From the IMG/VR virus record IMGVR_UViG_3300042934_000632: 64,000 nucleotides of DNA; one strand, given 5' to 3'. Below the pieces are notes generated by a model. The model was not told the origin of the DNA. It searched no databases and saw nothing but the letters and a program-made list of their open reading frames with translations. This stretch comes from an uncultured virus (IMG/VR IMGVR_UViG_3300042934_000632) (lineage: Duplodnaviria; Heunggongvirae; Uroviricota; Caudoviricetes). This document shows positions 61,642-64,000 of this stretch, in pieces; within the stretch, counting starts at the first letter, position 1, and every line of letters starts with the position of its first letter. The position numbers and the translations under genes are program-made.

Positions 61642-62862
61642 TTGACAACAGAAGTGAGACCTATGGGTGTTTCGTGTCCTTTAAAATGTGTTTATTGCTA
61701 TCAAGAACCCCAGAGGGTTGCGGGAAATACTAATGCAAAATATGATTTGGCGAAGATGATTCAGGAGATCTCAAAGACTCGAACAAAGAATATTAATTTC
61801 TTTGGTGGCGAGATCTTAATGATGCCTATAGAAGATCTAGAGGTACTGCTGGCTTACGCTCATGTTAAGTTCGGTGGATCAGGTGTTCAAACCAGCGGAT
61901 CTATCATGAGAGATGAACATATTGAACTCTTCAAAAAGTACAATGTTCAGCTGGGCTTCTCCATTGACGGTCCTAACGAGCTAAACAGTCTCCGAGTTCC
62001 ACGCAATCCAAAGACTCCTATTGAAAGTACAACGGATAATACAATGAAATATATCAAGCTATCAAAAGAAGCTGGGCTTGATGTAGGCCTTATTATTACC
62101 CTTCATAGAGAAAACTCTACTCCAGAACGTATTCCACGGTTGTTTAATTTTATCAAGTGGTTATGGGATCTTGGTATTCGTAGCGGGAATATTCATACTC
62201 TAGAAATTGAATCTACAATGCCGAACCACGACTTTGTATTGACACAAGAAGAGAACATCTGGGCTTACACCCAACTTGCCGAGTTCTTTAAAACGCTTCC
62301 TGACCATGGATGGAATCCTTTCGCAGAGATTAAAGACTTACTGATGGGTAACGATCAAAAAACTCTTTGTTATTGGCACCGATGCGATCCATTGAATACT
62401 CAAGCTGTCCACGGAATCGAAGGTGACGGTGCAATCTCTAACTGTGGACGAGCAAATAAAGAAGGAATTGACTGGGTCAAAGCTCCTGATAATTATTATG
62501 CAAGATACATCAGCTTCTATCATACGCCTCAAGATATGGGTGGCTGTAATGGATGCCGCTTCTGGACAGTATGCGGAGGAAGTTGCCCAGGTGAATCCGA
62601 TCAGGGGGATTTCAGAAATAAAACAACACATTGCTCTACTCAGAAAGCAATACTTTCCTATTATGAAAAAGAACTTATTGATGAAGGCAAGCTACCCATT
62701 ACGACATCGCCTTTGCTTCCTCTTGTTGAACAGCTCGTTCTTAATGGTCTTGAAAGAGGAGAGAACTTATATCTTAATACTGTTATTTCAATGATTGAAG
62801 AGATGAGAACAGAAGTCATCCAACTGGAAGTCGTAGAGGAGGATATCAATGAAACTACTTGA
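61642..62862 (+). CDS. radical SAM/SPASM peptide-maturase-like enzyme
   Basis: CPLKCVYC, FFGGE, SIDGP; SPASM-like C..C.....C...C (CNGCRFWTVCGGSC). Confidence 0.9.
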   Translation: MTTEVRPMGVSCPLKCVYCYQEPQRVAGNTNAKYDLAKMIQEISKTRTKNINFFGGEILMMPIEDLEVLLAYAHVKFGGSGVQTSGSIMRDEHIELFKKYNVQLGFSIDGPNELNSLRVPRNPKTPIESTTDNTMKYIKLSKEAGLDVGLIITLHRENSTPERIPRLFNFIKWLWDLGIRSGNIHTLEIESTMPNHDFVLTQEENIWAYTQLAEFFKTLPDHGWNPFAEIKDLLMGNDQKTLCYWHRCDPLNTQAVHGIEGDGAISNCGRANKEGIDWVKAPDNYYARYISFYHTPQDMGGCNGCRFWTVCGGSCPGESDQGDFRNKTTHCSTQKAILSYYEKELIDEGKLPITTSPLLPLVEQLVLNGLERGENLYLNTVISMIEEMRTEVIQLEVVEEDINETT

Positions 62863-63793
62863 TTTTAGTATGCCACCATTTGCAAGAACGGTTTGGGCCT
62901 CTCAAGAAATAGAGAAGGAGTGGCGTCCCAAACTGGCTTTAGCCTCTCAAGCTTATGAGCGTTTAGAGTATGAAACGGTTGTTCATGGCCTTAGAGCCTG
63001 TACAACAGCACATTGTACTCCTGATGATATGGTTCGTCGGATTCAATTTTATGCAAAGAAAGGTCTTATGTATCATCCCTTACAGCAAGTAGGTGCTTAT
63101 ACAGGGTTCGCTCATACACACCCTCCAGTTATTCCAGGAAAACCTTGGACCTGGTTCGGTGTTGTAGCTAAAGACCCTCTTGATGCTTACACCTTTGCTG
63201 AGGCATCTGCATTGACAGAAGATTCCGCGGGTAAGGAAATAGATCACTCAACGATTGGCACTCTTCTTGGATACCCTGAATGCTGCCGAAAGTTCTTCAC
63301 AGATGTATGGGCCGCGGGATATGTTGATCCTGTATGGCAACAAGCAGAAAACTGTGAAGGTGAATACGTAGTGAAGAAAGAAGAGCATCTTATTCAGCTA
63401 AGCAAGGAGACTCCATGGGAGACTTCACCACTACTGAGATACATTGGAGTACGTATCATGCCTCACATTCCATGCTCTCATGATTGTAAACCTTCTCTGG
63501 TTATCGCAAGAAGTTGGTTGGATCTTGGTAGAGAGTTGGCCATACCAGGCATGGAAGAGCTTGAGCAATTTCTTCGGATGCCAGTAGAATGGGATTGCTT
63601 GAAGGGGATAGCCTATGTGTCTACTCCAATCTTCAAGATTGAAACGAATTCCATGACATGTTATCCACGGCATGTTGTTCAAAAGGAAGGAACATTTAGA
63701 CCAAAGAGTGGAGCAAAAGGACTGAAGTTTCCTTTTATTCCGCTAGGATCTGATAAGTTTGCTCACCTCTTTGGAGGAGGAAGCGGGTGCTAA
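62849..63793 (+). CDS. Cys-containing accessory protein with LGYPECC motif, coupled to the rSAM gene
   Basis: overlapping start; GYPECC and HIPCSHDC motifs. Confidence 0.7.
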   Translation: MKLLDFSMPPFARTVWASQEIEKEWRPKLALASQAYERLEYETVVHGLRACTTAHCTPDDMVRRIQFYAKKGLMYHPLQQVGAYTGFAHTHPPVIPGKPWTWFGVVAKDPLDAYTFAEASALTEDSAGKEIDHSTIGTLLGYPECCRKFFTDVWAAGYVDPVWQQAENCEGEYVVKKEEHLIQLSKETPWETSPLLRYIGVRIMPHIPCSHDCKPSLVIARSWLDLGRELAIPGMEELEQFLRMPVEWDCLKGIAYVSTPIFKIETNSMTCYPRHVVQKEGTFRPKSGAKGLKFPFIPLGSDKFAHLFGGGSGC

Positions 63794-64000
63794 TTCATGT
63801 TTAAACAACGTTTATGGGATTGCCTTTTGGCAGTCCTTTCTTTTATTGTAGCAATAGTATTAATCATTGGTATAGCTTTTCTAGCTGTTTTCTTGTCAGA
63901 CATCTATTGGTTTAAGATACTTGTAAGTACTGTTGTTATTCTTATCTTGTCCTTCGTTGTTATTATCGCTCTTTCACTGTTTGTTAACTGGCTGTTTATT

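Overview
A 64 kb segment of a large (probably jumbo-type) phage of a Bacillota host. Essentially all credible genes are on the + strand, with GGAGG-type RBSs and sigmaA-like promoters. It carries a replication and nucleotide-metabolism module: dnaE and nrdE (each split by a group I intron), nrdIF, nrdDG, thyA, dfr, dut, recA, ssb, pcrA and dnaG, plus a Pnkp-like RNA repair enzyme and many small hypothetical genes. Four things stand out. (1) A complete PRTRC-like ubiquitin-type conjugation locus: tandem di-Ubl precursor, E2-like, JAB peptidase and ThiF/E1. (2) A radical SAM/SPASM enzyme next to a protein with 14 aromatic-X-Asp/Asn motifs, suggesting triceptide/cyclophane-like modification. (3) About 19 otherwise dissimilar small proteins sharing a C-terminal N-x6-L-x-D-x-E/D tag. 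(4) Many structured non-coding RNAs: six hairpin cassettes sharing a UAUAC/CGAA internal loop, a 23S rRNA L11-binding-domain mimic, and several tRNA-like elements lacking CCA or a normal anticodon loop. All family calls come from motif recognition by eye, not database searches.
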